Origin: Azolla caroliniana
Lineage: Eukaryota; Plantae; Polypodiophyta
Reading direction: 5' to 3'
Length of the DNA stretch: 64,000 bases
NCBI GenBank assembly: GCA_043228905.1
Contig: JBHGNT010000022.1
Span: forward strand, 496,001 to 560,000
Shown here one piece after another: positions 25,001 to 36,110 of the stretch. The translations under genes were made by a program, and so were the position numbers. Position 1 is the stretch's first letter; each line of letters begins with the position of its first letter. The notes beneath the pieces were generated by a model. It was not told the origin of the DNA. It saw only the letters and a program-made list of their open reading frames with translations, and did not search any database.

Positions 25001-27265
25001 GGTCTAGGAAAACTACAAGCAACCACGGTTTGTGTCATGCCACTGGATTCAAGTCTTCTTGATATTATTCGACAACAACTTCACTCTGATGATTTTGCTA
25101 AGGATGTCTTCGCCCACCTTGGTCCAAATCATGCATTTTGCTCCACATTGCCAGGGACATCTCGATGTTATAAGGAGTTTAAGTGGTAAGATAACTTACT
25201 TTTCTACAAGAATCTCCTTTATGTCCCTGATGGATCACCACGCCTTCGAGTGTTGGAGCACTGTCATGATGCCCGTATGGCCGAACACTTTGGTATTGTT
25301 AAGACCATGGAGCTAGTGAAGCGATCATTTTGGTGGCCTCATTTACAACAATTTGTTGAAGATTATGTTCGCACATGTGACACATGTTGTCGAGCTAAAA
25401 TGCCTAGGCCCAAATCATGCATTTTGCTCCACATTGCCAGGGTTCTACAAGAATCTCCTTTATGTCCCTGATGGATCACCACGCCTTCGAGTGTTGGAGC
25501 ATTGTCAAGATGCCCGTATGGTCGGACACTTTGGTATTGTTAAGACCATGGAGCTAATGAAGCGATCATTTTGGTGGCCTCATTTACAACAATTTGTTGA
25601 AGATTATGTTTGCACATGTGACACATGTTGTCGAGCTGAAATGCCTAGGCATCATCCTTATGGGTTGTTACAACCATTGCCGACTCTAATCAAGCCGTGG
25701 CAGTCAATTTCTATGGATTTCATTACAGATCTGCCACATTCCTAGGGTTTTGATGCTATTTTAACTGTAGTGGATCGATTTACCAAGATGGCACATTTCT
25801 TGCCCTGCATAAAAAGCATTAGTAGTCAAGAAACAACAGATATCATTATGTGTGATGTATTTTGTCATCATGGTCTTCCAAACGACATAATTAGTGATCG
25901 TGGTCCGCAATTTATCTCTCACTTTTGGAAGCACCTATGTGACAGGCTCCGAATCTCCTACAATCTCTCTTCAGCATATCATCCCGAAACTGATGGTCAA
26001 ACAGAGCGCACAAATCAAACACTTGAGCAATATCTTCGATGTTTCACCGTTATCAACAAGATGATTGGAGTCATATATTGCATCTTGCAGAGTTTGCATA
26101 CAATAACACCATACACTCTTCTACCAAGGTCACACCTTTCTATGCCTATACTGGCAACCATCCTTGATGGTGTCTCTTGGACATTCCGGTGATCTCACCA
26201 AACCCTAGTGCGGAGCAGCACCTCCACCGACCCAACACCTCCAGTCCGAGTTGTCTTCACATCTTCAAAAAGAGCCCAACATAAGGCCCACGCATATCGA
26301 CATCATCTTCCATCTCCATTCAAGTTTGGTGATCAGGTATGGTTGTTATGTCGTCACATAAAGACTACTCGACCGTGTGATAAGCTAGATTATAAACGCT
26401 TGGGTCCTTTTGTCATCACGATGCGGATTAATGATGCAACATTCCATCTTGATCTTCCTGCAAATTTACGGCTTCATCCAGTCTTTCACGGCTCTCTTTT
26501 GGAACCTTGCCACACCAGCTCGATTCCCAATCGTGTCGTGCCGCCACCGCCTCCTCTCCAACTTGTTGATGGCCCAAAGTACGAGGTAGCCGCCATTCTC
26601 AATTCTAAGATTGTGTGCAATAAGTTGTATTATCTGGTTGATTGGCTAGGCTATACCTCGAGCGATCGCACATGGGAACCCGTCGATAATGTTTGTAATG
26701 CTCAAGCTCTTATCGACGACTTCCATCGTCGCTATCCCAACAAACCCGGCCCTACATTGTTAACAACTCCTTCCACTCGTCGTTTAAGAGGAGGGATAGT
26801 GTAATGAATCCGTGAACATTATGCTTCACCTGGACTTGAACCCAAGACTGTGCCATGAACATTATGGCGTCAACCGGACTTGAACCTCAAACCTTGTAAT
26901 CCATAGTTAAAAACCTCAACCATTAAGATAGCATATTGTCACATAAGAAGATAAAAGCTACTTTCTATATTACATTGATTATTGTAAAAACTCTAGATCG
27001 TTCTAGAATGTTCTAGAATGTCCTAGAACATTCTAGAGCATTATAGATATCTCTAAGCTATTCTATAGGAACCTATAAATAAGGGCATACATGTATCCTC
27101 AAATCAATTCGAATCAACACTAGTCTTTAGCTCCAAGCCCACCTTGTATCCAACTCATCCTTGTAATCATTCGATTCTAATAACCCACTCTTCTCTTATC
27201 AATCCATTCTCCTCTCTTCTTCTATTCTCTTATACCTCCCTTCAATCGTTCAATCTCTTACTTTG
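22100..27265 (+). mobile_element. 5'-truncated, degenerate Ty3/gypsy chromovirus (Tcn1/Tf1-like): gag, PR, RT, RNase H, IN, chromodomain, PPT, 3' LTR
   Basis: Gag [79 protein letters not shown], chromodomain YEVAAIL..YLVDWLGY..TWEP. PPT AAGAGGAGGGATAG is followed by TG at 26800. Many stops and frameshifts. Confidence 0.92.
26800..27265 (+). repeat. 3' LTR of the plus-strand chromovirus (right end eroded)
   Basis: TG immediately after the PPT, TATA box CTATAAATA at ~27073, CT-rich U5, then satellite. Confidence 0.7.
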
Positions 27266-27269
27266 TTTT

Positions 27270-28180
27270 GAAATTAGCTACCGTAATAGCTAATTAGCTA
27301 CTACGAGTTGCTAATTAGCTACCTTAATAGCTAATTAGCTCTTGACATAGCTAACTAGCTATTATGAGTAGCTAATTAGCTAATTAGCTCCTCACATAGC
27401 TAACTGTTGAGCGAGCAAGCTCAACCAGATCCGGATCAGCTAAATAAGCCTGAGCCGGACTGGTATCCGGAAACAACCGTCCGGATCGGAGAGCTGGATT
27501 CCAGCGGGAACCGGAAGCCAAGTAGTAGCCTAGACTACTAGGTAATCATTGTCTTGTAGTCAGTGTTAGTTGCACGTAGGAATATTGAAGTGTCTGTCAG
27601 TCCTTTATGGACTTGTATAAATAATGTTGTTTTAGCATGTTGTATGTACAGAGTTTTAGACTTAATTTTTTGAATAGAGTCTATGTTCTGCTCTCTTTGT
27701 CTCTCCCGTATATACTCTCTATGTTAAGCTTCTCCATTAAACCTTCGTCTCATTCTCTGTTGCTATCCGATTGAGCCGGTTCTGTCTTACACTTCCGCAC
27801 ATTAACATTTACACTAACTAGCTATTGACATAGCTAACTAGTTTTGTGAGTAACTAATAGCTAATTAGCTAATGTGGTAGCTAGTTAGCTAATAATAATA
27901 GATAACTAGCTGCTTAGCTATGGTCGTCTTCTGAGGTAGCTAATTGGCTATTGCGGTAGCGAATTAGATGATAATAACTACGTTTAGTATTGGCAATAAC
28001 TATTTAGCTATTACCAGTAGCTAGTTAGCTATGCTCATATTCTGAGATAACTAATTAGCTATTGTGGTAGCTAATTAGCTGATAATAGCCAAGTTAGCTA
28101 TTGTCAATCGCTATTTAGCTATTACCAATAACTAGTTAGCTATGATCATATTCTGAGGTAGCTAATTAGCTAACTAACTA
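27270..28180. repeat. Second TAGCTAATTAGCTA satellite array, interrupted by a solo LTR
   Basis: Same palindromic unit as 14645-15830; a further short patch lies at 30315-30350. Confidence 0.85.
27405..27813 (+). mobile_element. Solo LTR (409 bp) with a 5-bp target-site duplication
   Basis: TGTTGA...TTTACA flanked by CTAAC on both sides (27400-27404 and 27814-27818). Confidence 0.85.
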
Positions 28181-28221
28181 AGTTTAAAAATCAAAACAAA
28201 AGTTGAGATAAATGTAAATAC

Positions 28222-29005
28222 TTGAGGTACATCAAGAAGATGAATGGGATGCTCCTCGTATTGACCCCTTCCAACACGATTCCTACATAAATCCTTCTTA
28301 TTAGGTGAAACCCTACTCTCATTAGTCCAAAATATGGTGATTATATCCTTGATTTCTAATGTTATGTGTGTCATTGGCTTACATCTTGTTGTTAGCTTTA
28401 GCAAACTAGTTCCTTCACCACTTGAAATTATATGGTTCATTGTATTGTACACACACACTTTTTCTACTAACACCAATTACCTTAGATAGCACACTAATGT
28501 TAAGATTGTCAACATCACTATTAAGTAACATCATTAGACTAGACCTTTTTAAGCCAAGATCAACTTCTAACCTGCTCATGGATACGAAACTATTACGAAG
28601 ATTATTTACTAGTACAGATGTTATGTTTGCATTAAGACCATCAAAATCAACTAACTCCTTTATCAATGGATCATTTAATATCCCATAAAGTACTACCTTC
28701 TTGTCTTCAAGGCTGATGTGCTTGGTCTGAACATTGAAATAGTCTACAACCTTTCTCTCTATGGTAGTACTCTCCTTACTTCCATTCTCAGTGGTATTCA
28801 GACCTATATCGCAACCAATGCTATCCTTACTTTTAGTGAATGTGACTTTCGTATCCTTCAACAATTGACGATGTTTCCTCTTTTTTTCTGCCCAATACTT
28901 TCGTATCGTTTGTTGTGACCTGATAGCGTCATCTCTATCCTGATGATCCAAGAGGGGTATTGGTAGACACCCTCCTTCCCCTTCCATTTGGCTTGACATA
29001 TTCAT
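28222..29005 (-). pseudogene. N-terminal part of the same CMC-like transposase
   Basis: 196-aa ORF plus a frameshifted continuation FWTNESRVSPNKKDLCRNRVG..EEHPIHLLDVPQ, ending at a GTATTT donor; same strand as the 20927-22020 fragment. Confidence 0.6.
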
Positions 29006-29239
29006 TTGTAAATTTCCACAAAAAAGGACATGTAGCTAGTTACTAAACCACATGCAAACTAGTTATTCACAGGAGCGATCCCACCATTGCTAAGTTTATG
29101 TTTGTTGCAACAGAGTAAAAGCTACTGAACCATCGTCAGGAACGAGCTAAGATGACTATGGGCAACAACAATACATACAATTATTCCGCAATACACAAGG
29201 TTATACACAACAGTACACAAGATAATCAACAGTTAGAAC

Positions 29240-30090
29240 AGTTATTGCAATCGAGTACAGAACAATGGCAACAACTGAGTGTAGAATGGCAGTAATAGAG
29301 GAGTGAACTCCGTCTGATTGAACAGTTATTGCAATCTAAGACCGAATAGTGGAGGCAACTGAGTGTAGAATGGTGACAATGGTGGAGTGAACTTCATCAA
29401 ATCGAACAAGGCTAGATGATGCTTGGGACGCACAATGGTGGCAACTGAGTGTAGAATGGCGACAGTGGAGGAGGAGTGAACTCCGTCGGATCGAACAGTG
29501 GCAACAATCCACGACTGAACAGTAGCCGCAATTGAGTGTAGAATGGCGGCAATGGAGGAGGGAACTCAATAGGAGCGAACACTGGCAGATGATGCTTGGA
29601 CCGAATAGTGGCGGCAACTGAGTGTAGAATGGCGGCAATGGAAGAGTGAACTCAATAGGAGCGAATAGTGCCAGATGATGCTTGGATCGAACAATGGAGG
29701 CAATTGAGTGTAGAATGGTGGCAATGGAAGAGTGAACTCCGTCAGATCGAACAATGGCAGATGATGCTTGGAATGCACAATGACGGCAACTGAGTGTAGA
29801 ATGGCGATAGTGTAGGAGAGTGAACTCCGTTGGATCAGAGAGTGGCAGCAATCCACGACCGAACAGTAGCGGCAACTGAGTATAGAATAGCGGCAATGGA
29901 GGAGTGAACTCAACAGGAGCAAACAATGGCAGATGATGCTTGGACCAAACAAAGGCGACAGCTGAGTGTATAACGGCGGCAATGGAGGAGTGAACTCCGT
30001 CGGATTGAATAGTGGCAGATGATGCTTGGACCACACAATGGCAACAACTAAGTGTAGAATGGTGGCAATGTCGAAGTGGACTCAATAGGG
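29240..30090. repeat. Mosaic minisatellite built from CAACTGAGTGTAGAATGGCGGCAATGGAGGAGTGAACTC and CAGATGATGCTTGG modules
   Basis: About 10 copies of the core at variable spacing. Confidence 0.85.
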
Positions 30091-30569
30091 TTTAGGAACA
30101 TTGGCAGTAATCTAAGCTTGAATAGTCACAAAGTGATGGCCAACGAGATGTGGCAATGGATCATGCATAATGGACCTAGGAATTCGGTATATAATTTATG
30201 GTGCACATATCCATTTATGTTGCATGTTTATGGTGCTCATTTATATAATTAAAACATTCTAATGTTTTCATTCATGGTGCAAAAATGACTATTTATCATT
30301 GGTAGCTTTTTGCATAGCTAATTAGCTATGTCAAGGACATAGCTAATTGTTTCAACTCGCATGCTTTCACCCCTATCACATCTTCGACTAACCCTATTCT
30401 TGAACTATTTGAAACATTCACTAGTAAAGTTCTCAAACATCGATAGTTCCTACTCCGTTTCAAACATATTATGTGAAAAAGTTGTATTTTTTGTCTCAAA
30501 GGTCATATTTGACCTCGTGAGGCAATAATAAAATATGTTTATCTTATATAGACACGCATTATACACTCG

Positions 30570-31821
30570 GCTATCTCAATGAGATTACCCGACATCCGGT
30601 TCAGAGGGGGAAATTATGAAGTCGGTACCGTATACACCGACAATCGGCTCCCTGATGTACGCGATGGTCACGACACAACCTGACATTGCTCACGCCATAA
30701 GAGTCATCAACAAATTCATGCACAACCCTGGCCGATCACACTGGAACACAGTAAAGCATGTGTTCAGATATCTAGTGGGCACAAAGACTATGGCATTCTT
30801 TTCGGCCCAAACAAAAACTTAGGTGTAGTCGGTTACACCGACTCAAATTCCGTTGGCTATGTGAACAACCGAAAATCGACAACCAGATTGATTCAAATTC
30901 GACAATGGAGCAATTTTGTGGAAGTCGAAACTTTAGGAGTGAACTGCCACATCAACAACCGAGGTCGAATACATAGCCGTGTCCAATGCGACGAAAGAGG
31001 TTCTATGGCTCAGTTGGCTAGCACACACGTTTCGACGAGTTCAATCCGACTCCGCTCCAGTTGTCTATAGAGACAGTCAGGGCGTTGTCGCTCTATCGAA
31101 AAATTTAGTCTAGCACAATGCCTCAAAGCATATCGATGTTCGATATCATTTTGTTCGGGACCACGTCATTTCGGGGAAAATTGGCCTTGAGAAGATATTT
31201 ATAGCCAATAATGTCGTAGATGGAATGACCAAGAGTCTTTCGACAGATCGATTTCGATCCCTACGGCACCAGATGGGCATAACGAATAATCGGTCTGATT
31301 GAGTCGGACATTCGTAATGGTTTCGAACAATCATCATCGACAATTCGAAGTTCGGCCTCAGTTCCTCCGACTTCAACTGATTCGGTCTTCTGTTTTTCGG
31401 AGTTTACCGACTTGAACTAAAATCCGATTTGTTTGACAACTTTTTACAAATCGGTATCGTTCACTTATATTACAGATTTCGGATGTATACGCCCATTACG
31501 GGGGAGTGTCGAATACAGGTCTTTAATGGATGTATTCACATTGTCCCATTTGTACACACTAGGTTTAGGACATCTTTGTAAATACTAAGAAGGGCAGTTG
31601 CCCTAAGTCAGTCAGTATATAAATTGACTTTGTAACCTAGTTTGAAGTGTTGATGTCATTGTTCATTCTATATATTGAGTCATTGAGCCTGAGCAATAAA
31701 GGTCATCTTGTGCCTAATGTTTTGTTCTCTTCCTCTTGCATTCCTGTTGATCTTGCTACATATTTTAGTTGCTTGTAATCATAAATCATCTCGAATTATA
31801 CTTGTTAATGATCTCTCAACA
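30570..31821 (+). mobile_element. Ty1/copia 3' fragment: RT end, RNase H, PPT and 3' LTR (31507-31821)
   Basis: VPYTPTIGSLMYAMVTTQPDIAHA, NRKSTT, HNASKHIDVRYHFVRD; PPT ACGGGGGAG followed by TG; LTR ends CTCAACA. Confidence 0.88.
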
Positions 31822-34260
31822 GAGGAGTACTGACATTGTTCCGCACTAGACAACAATGTTCTCAACATCGACAAGCCACGTTGTGGATTCTTCAGTTGTG
31901 TATAGAACTTCTAATTCGACCGAAATTTCAATGAATAGAATGTTCAGGTCGTGAGACAGAATTTTGGCCGAAGAGCCGACAAATTTGACCTCCTCCTATC
32001 GGTTGCCCTTTTGCTCCGATCTCTAAGCCTTTTCGTTTTTGGTCTTGAGGGCACAACAATCAGCCTTGATATGTCCAGGTTTTTTGCAATAATTGCATAT
32101 TCACGTGGCCTTGGATTTGCTTCAACTTCTCACATTAATCGGCTATTGGGCAAAACTTCTTCCTTGATTGTTCGGATGGTCAACCGAACTATGTACTACA
32201 TAGGCATCGTTAGTTGATTCATGTACAAACAATTTCCTTTGAGCATCTTCGAACATAATTGAGCTCGTAACCTCCGAGTACTTTACACAATAGTTATGAA
32301 AGTTTCCCATGAAGGGGGTACTGCTTATAACCAAGAGAGCTTTCAACTCATCGTCAATTGTCATCCCCTAGGCCGAAATCCGGGAATTGATGCTTTCGTA
32401 CTTGTTCATGTGTGTCTGAAATGAATCAGACCCTTTCATCTGAAGGTTGTAAACGTGCTTAATTAGGTAAATCTTCAGGGCGGCCACCTTATTTTCGTAA
32501 GTGATAGACAATATCTTCCATAGTTCATAGGTTGTCGAACACGATTGCACCATATAATATATAGTTTCGGATAGGTGCATCTGAATGGTGGCATGGGTTA
32601 TCCAATCCAGCTTCATCAATTCATTTGACTTATATCCTTTGGGAGCATTTTCATTCTCAATTGGGTCGATCTAACCCTTCACGATCGGGTAATCCTGTAT
32701 CTACTCCTTCCAAAAGTTGAAGTTCATGCCACCGAACTTCCTGAGACTCATCTTTGATGAGTTGGATGTTAAGGCCATTTCTTGATCGGAGTCGACTTGG
32801 TTGAAAAGTTTTGTTCGGGGTGGCTACAATTTGTAAGGAGGTGCAACCGGCTGGTTCACTTGAATTTGATCTAGACAAATCGAACACAAATCAAGTCAAT
32901 TGGTCGATTAGTCCTACTCAAAGTGACTCTGGCCGAAGCAAAAGGAATAGAGGCGACTGGTCTATCCGAAGTGAGGCCTAGTCAAATTGAGCATGGACTA
33001 TGTCGACTATGTTGCCGATCTTGCTCAAGGTGACTACAACCTGAAAGGGGTTAGAGCCGACTGGTCTACTCAACGTGAGGCCTAGCCGAATTGAGCACGA
33101 ATCGTTAGAGTGCTTCCTCTTCTCACAAAATAGGATTTTCAGAGTTGTCGAACAAAAGATTTCAGTCCAATTGAAATCTTGGAAAATCTATTCAATATAT
33201 TTGACAAACTTGAAGTTTTTGGTAATCAAACTTAAGTGCTAAAGTTGAATGAACAAATGACAAACAACAACGTTGTAGTGAAGGATTTCGGCTACTAGGA
33301 GAAAGGGGGCTAGGATGCGCGTGAACGCGGGTGTGCACGGATGCACACGAACTAGTCTTTATGTACAAACATATGTAAATACTTTGGGATTGAATATTAG
33401 GTAGAGTGATTTAATAAAGTACTTTACATCCCACACGTACAGAAGGGAATCATAGATACGATGTGAGAGAATCAAGGACTGAAAGCGGATGTCTTAATAG
33501 CCTGATGGAACAGTCTCTCCCTTCTGGAGCGATAAAAGGGAGGGAGAAAAGAGGGAAGAGGGATCGATGTTTTGGGGGAAAACTAAGTGTTATTCGACCA
33601 AGCTCTGCAGACTTCCATTTCCTCTCATTCTCTGTTTCAATTTCTAGTTGTGTTGTGAGGCCTCCGTTTCGCGCTGGTAGTCCGTGTGCTCCCAATCGGA
33701 GGCTCGTTGTCGCGCGCGCGGGCGCGCGTGTGTGTGTGTGTGTAGAGCTCAAAGCTCTTTTACTTGGCGCAACTGGCTATAATATTCTGGGTTTCTTTGT
33801 TAATCTATAGGTTTGTTGTGTTTGTTCTTGTATTCACCATGTCCGGATCCATGTTCTTATCTCCGTTCTAATCCTGTTACGTGCGTATCCGTGTGTATGA
33901 GCCTATGAGCTCGTTGTTGACCGGTCCGGAGTAGCAATTGTCTCTGAGCCCGAGCACTCACCATCTGGCATCCAGGAATCGATCCAGACCGGATACGTGC
34001 CCGGGAACCGATACAAACAACCTTCCCTCTATCATTGGCTCCTTGGTCCGAGACCCCAGTGGTCCCGCCTCGTTTCAACACATACCCGCGGAAACCGTGA
34101 CAATGTTCTCTCTGATACCGAGTGTTGGAGATGAAGACGTCAATGAGATGATAAAAAAATAGCTCTATGTATTAAGAATACTTACAAGATAGAAGATTAA
34201 GCCAATAAGAACATAAATTAGATAAAGACAACTTCAAAGATTACAAGATCAACAAGAATT
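31822..34260 (-). mobile_element. Ty1/copia 5' part: split 5' LTR, tRNA-iMet PBS, gag and zinc knuckle; truncated
   Basis: CTCTGATACCGA at ~34110-34121 is the reverse complement of a TGGTATCAGAG-like PBS, next to the LTR end at 34123. Gag LKIYLIKHVYNLQMK / DDELKALLVISS; knuckle CNYCKKPGHIKADC at ~32055-32100. Confidence 0.8.
33374..34080 (-). mobile_element. Probable solo LTR inserted in the copia leader
   Basis: Minus-strand termini TGTTGA...TTTACA, the same as the 27405 solo LTR; CATA flanks both sides. Confidence 0.55.
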
Positions 34261-35631
34261 AAATTTTTATCGTCCATAAGGAGGCCAATTTTGACCTATG
34301 GGACCAAAGTATACATGTGTTCATGATATGTGTCTCCTTCCTAAGAACGGGATTCATACATTGAAGCACAAAGTCTCTATGTGTGAATAAAGCATACACA
34401 TATGAGCTCAACCTTCTCAGTGGTGTCTTAAGTATGGCACTTAAGTTATCACTCCCGCTTAGTATGTCAGCATATCTTGAACGAATTGCACTATCTATCG
34501 AGCATGTGAAGAGCAAGTGACATTCATCTTCTACCATGCCTTCATTGCATACTTTGCATGTCTTCAAATTAGTTACATTTTGATACCATGATGCAACTTC
34601 AATACCTAACTTGTGAGATCAAGTGTGAAGTAGTGTAAGGGCTTTACGAGCATTACTATTCATATTGGTAATGAGATAAGGTTGGATGCGATCAATAGGC
34701 CTTCTTGCTTTATATTGAGACCAACATTCAAGGTTGACATTTGCAATGTAGTATTCTAGCTTTGTCCTCTTAGCATCTTCCCACTTCATCCTTAATTATT
34801 CGACCAACCTTTCCTCAATCATTACATATTGCATAGCATTGCCCGAAAGCTCTAAAAGATCATCCAAACCCCATCTTCGAAACCATGATTTCCTTATGTC
34901 AACAACCCAACCAGATGAGAGAATCTTACTTTTATGATTCTTTTGTAGCTTACATCCAACATTCCAAGTAAGATGTGGCAATCGATGATTCGGCATATTC
35001 TTGACTTTTGTAATGTATTTATATACTCTTTGGAGTGTCAATAGTTCTATGGGTCGAACACCTATTTCCAAGAGCATAACCTGGTAAGAGGTAGGGCATT
35101 TAACTCCTAATTGCCTCCTTAAAAACATCTTTTGAATTTTCTCAATCTCATTCCATGTGTTAAGAGAGATGGTGCCACCCCATACTTCTACTCCATAAAG
35201 CAATACTTGAGTTACCATGGCATTGAACAACATTAGTTTTACTTCCCATCCACAAGTATCACTTTGGTTGCACTGGTTCTCCAAAAGGTAATACGATTTC
35301 AAACCGGCTTGGAGCCTAGAATCAAAGCATGCACTTCATTTATTTGTGGTGGGGATATCAATACCAACATATTTAAAGCTTTATACAAATTGCATATTTT
35401 TACCTCTATATGTGAGCATAGGGTAATGATGAGGTTGGATGGTTTGCACTACCATCATTTTTGTTTTCTCCACATTCACTGCTAGTTCACTATTATGGCA
35501 AAATTCTTCTAATACCCCAAGTAAATTTTGCATACTATCAACATCATATGAGAAGAGTACCACATCATCTGCATATAGAAGCAATAAGATAACATGTTGC
35601 ATCAATTTGGGGGCGTTGAATCCTTCTTCTC
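34259..35631 (-). mobile_element. RTE-X-like non-LTR retrotransposon, 3' part (RT end and C-terminal CCHC finger)
   Basis: LLLLYADDVVL, VNVEKTKMM, LFNAMV..LLYGVEVWG, EIEKIQKMFLRRQLGVK, CKVCNEGMVEDECHLLFTC. Confidence 0.85.
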
Positions 35632-35759
35632 TGTCAGGAATAGTACTAAACAGAGATAGGATTAGTACTAAATAGAGAGAGAATTAGTACTAGAGAAGGG
35701 AAGTACTATTAGAACTAAGGGGACGGGACTGCGTAAGACTCCCAAGAGAGGAAGAGAAC

Positions 35760-35800
<41 letters not shown>

Positions 35801-36110
35801 CGAGGACGAGAGATGATGATAACAGATTATATATTATAAGAAGAGTAAGTACAAAAAGGGCTATGAGGCTAAAGACTGGCGTTGAACCAATTTGGTTCAA
35901 CATAATGCCTAGTGCCCTCTTTTGTAGTGTTCTCAGGAGTAATCCTGAAGCTTCTAGAATGTTCCAGAGAAATATGGAATATACATTGATTTCCTATAAC
36001 AAAATGTAAATGAAAATAATATCCTAAGTATTACAATAGATGATATAATGGTCAAGAGCTCGACCCATATAACCTAAGGTCATGGGTTTGAGTCTTGCCA
36101 TATCATGACA
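35632..36110 (-). repeat. 3' LTR of the minus-strand chromovirus
   Basis: TGTCA...TGACA termini; direct repeat of 40899-41377. Confidence 0.95.

Noticed and set aside
36040-36100. Functional tRNA gene
   Set aside because: No acceptor or anticodon stem can be formed convincingly; reported only as a tRNA-like promoter cassette
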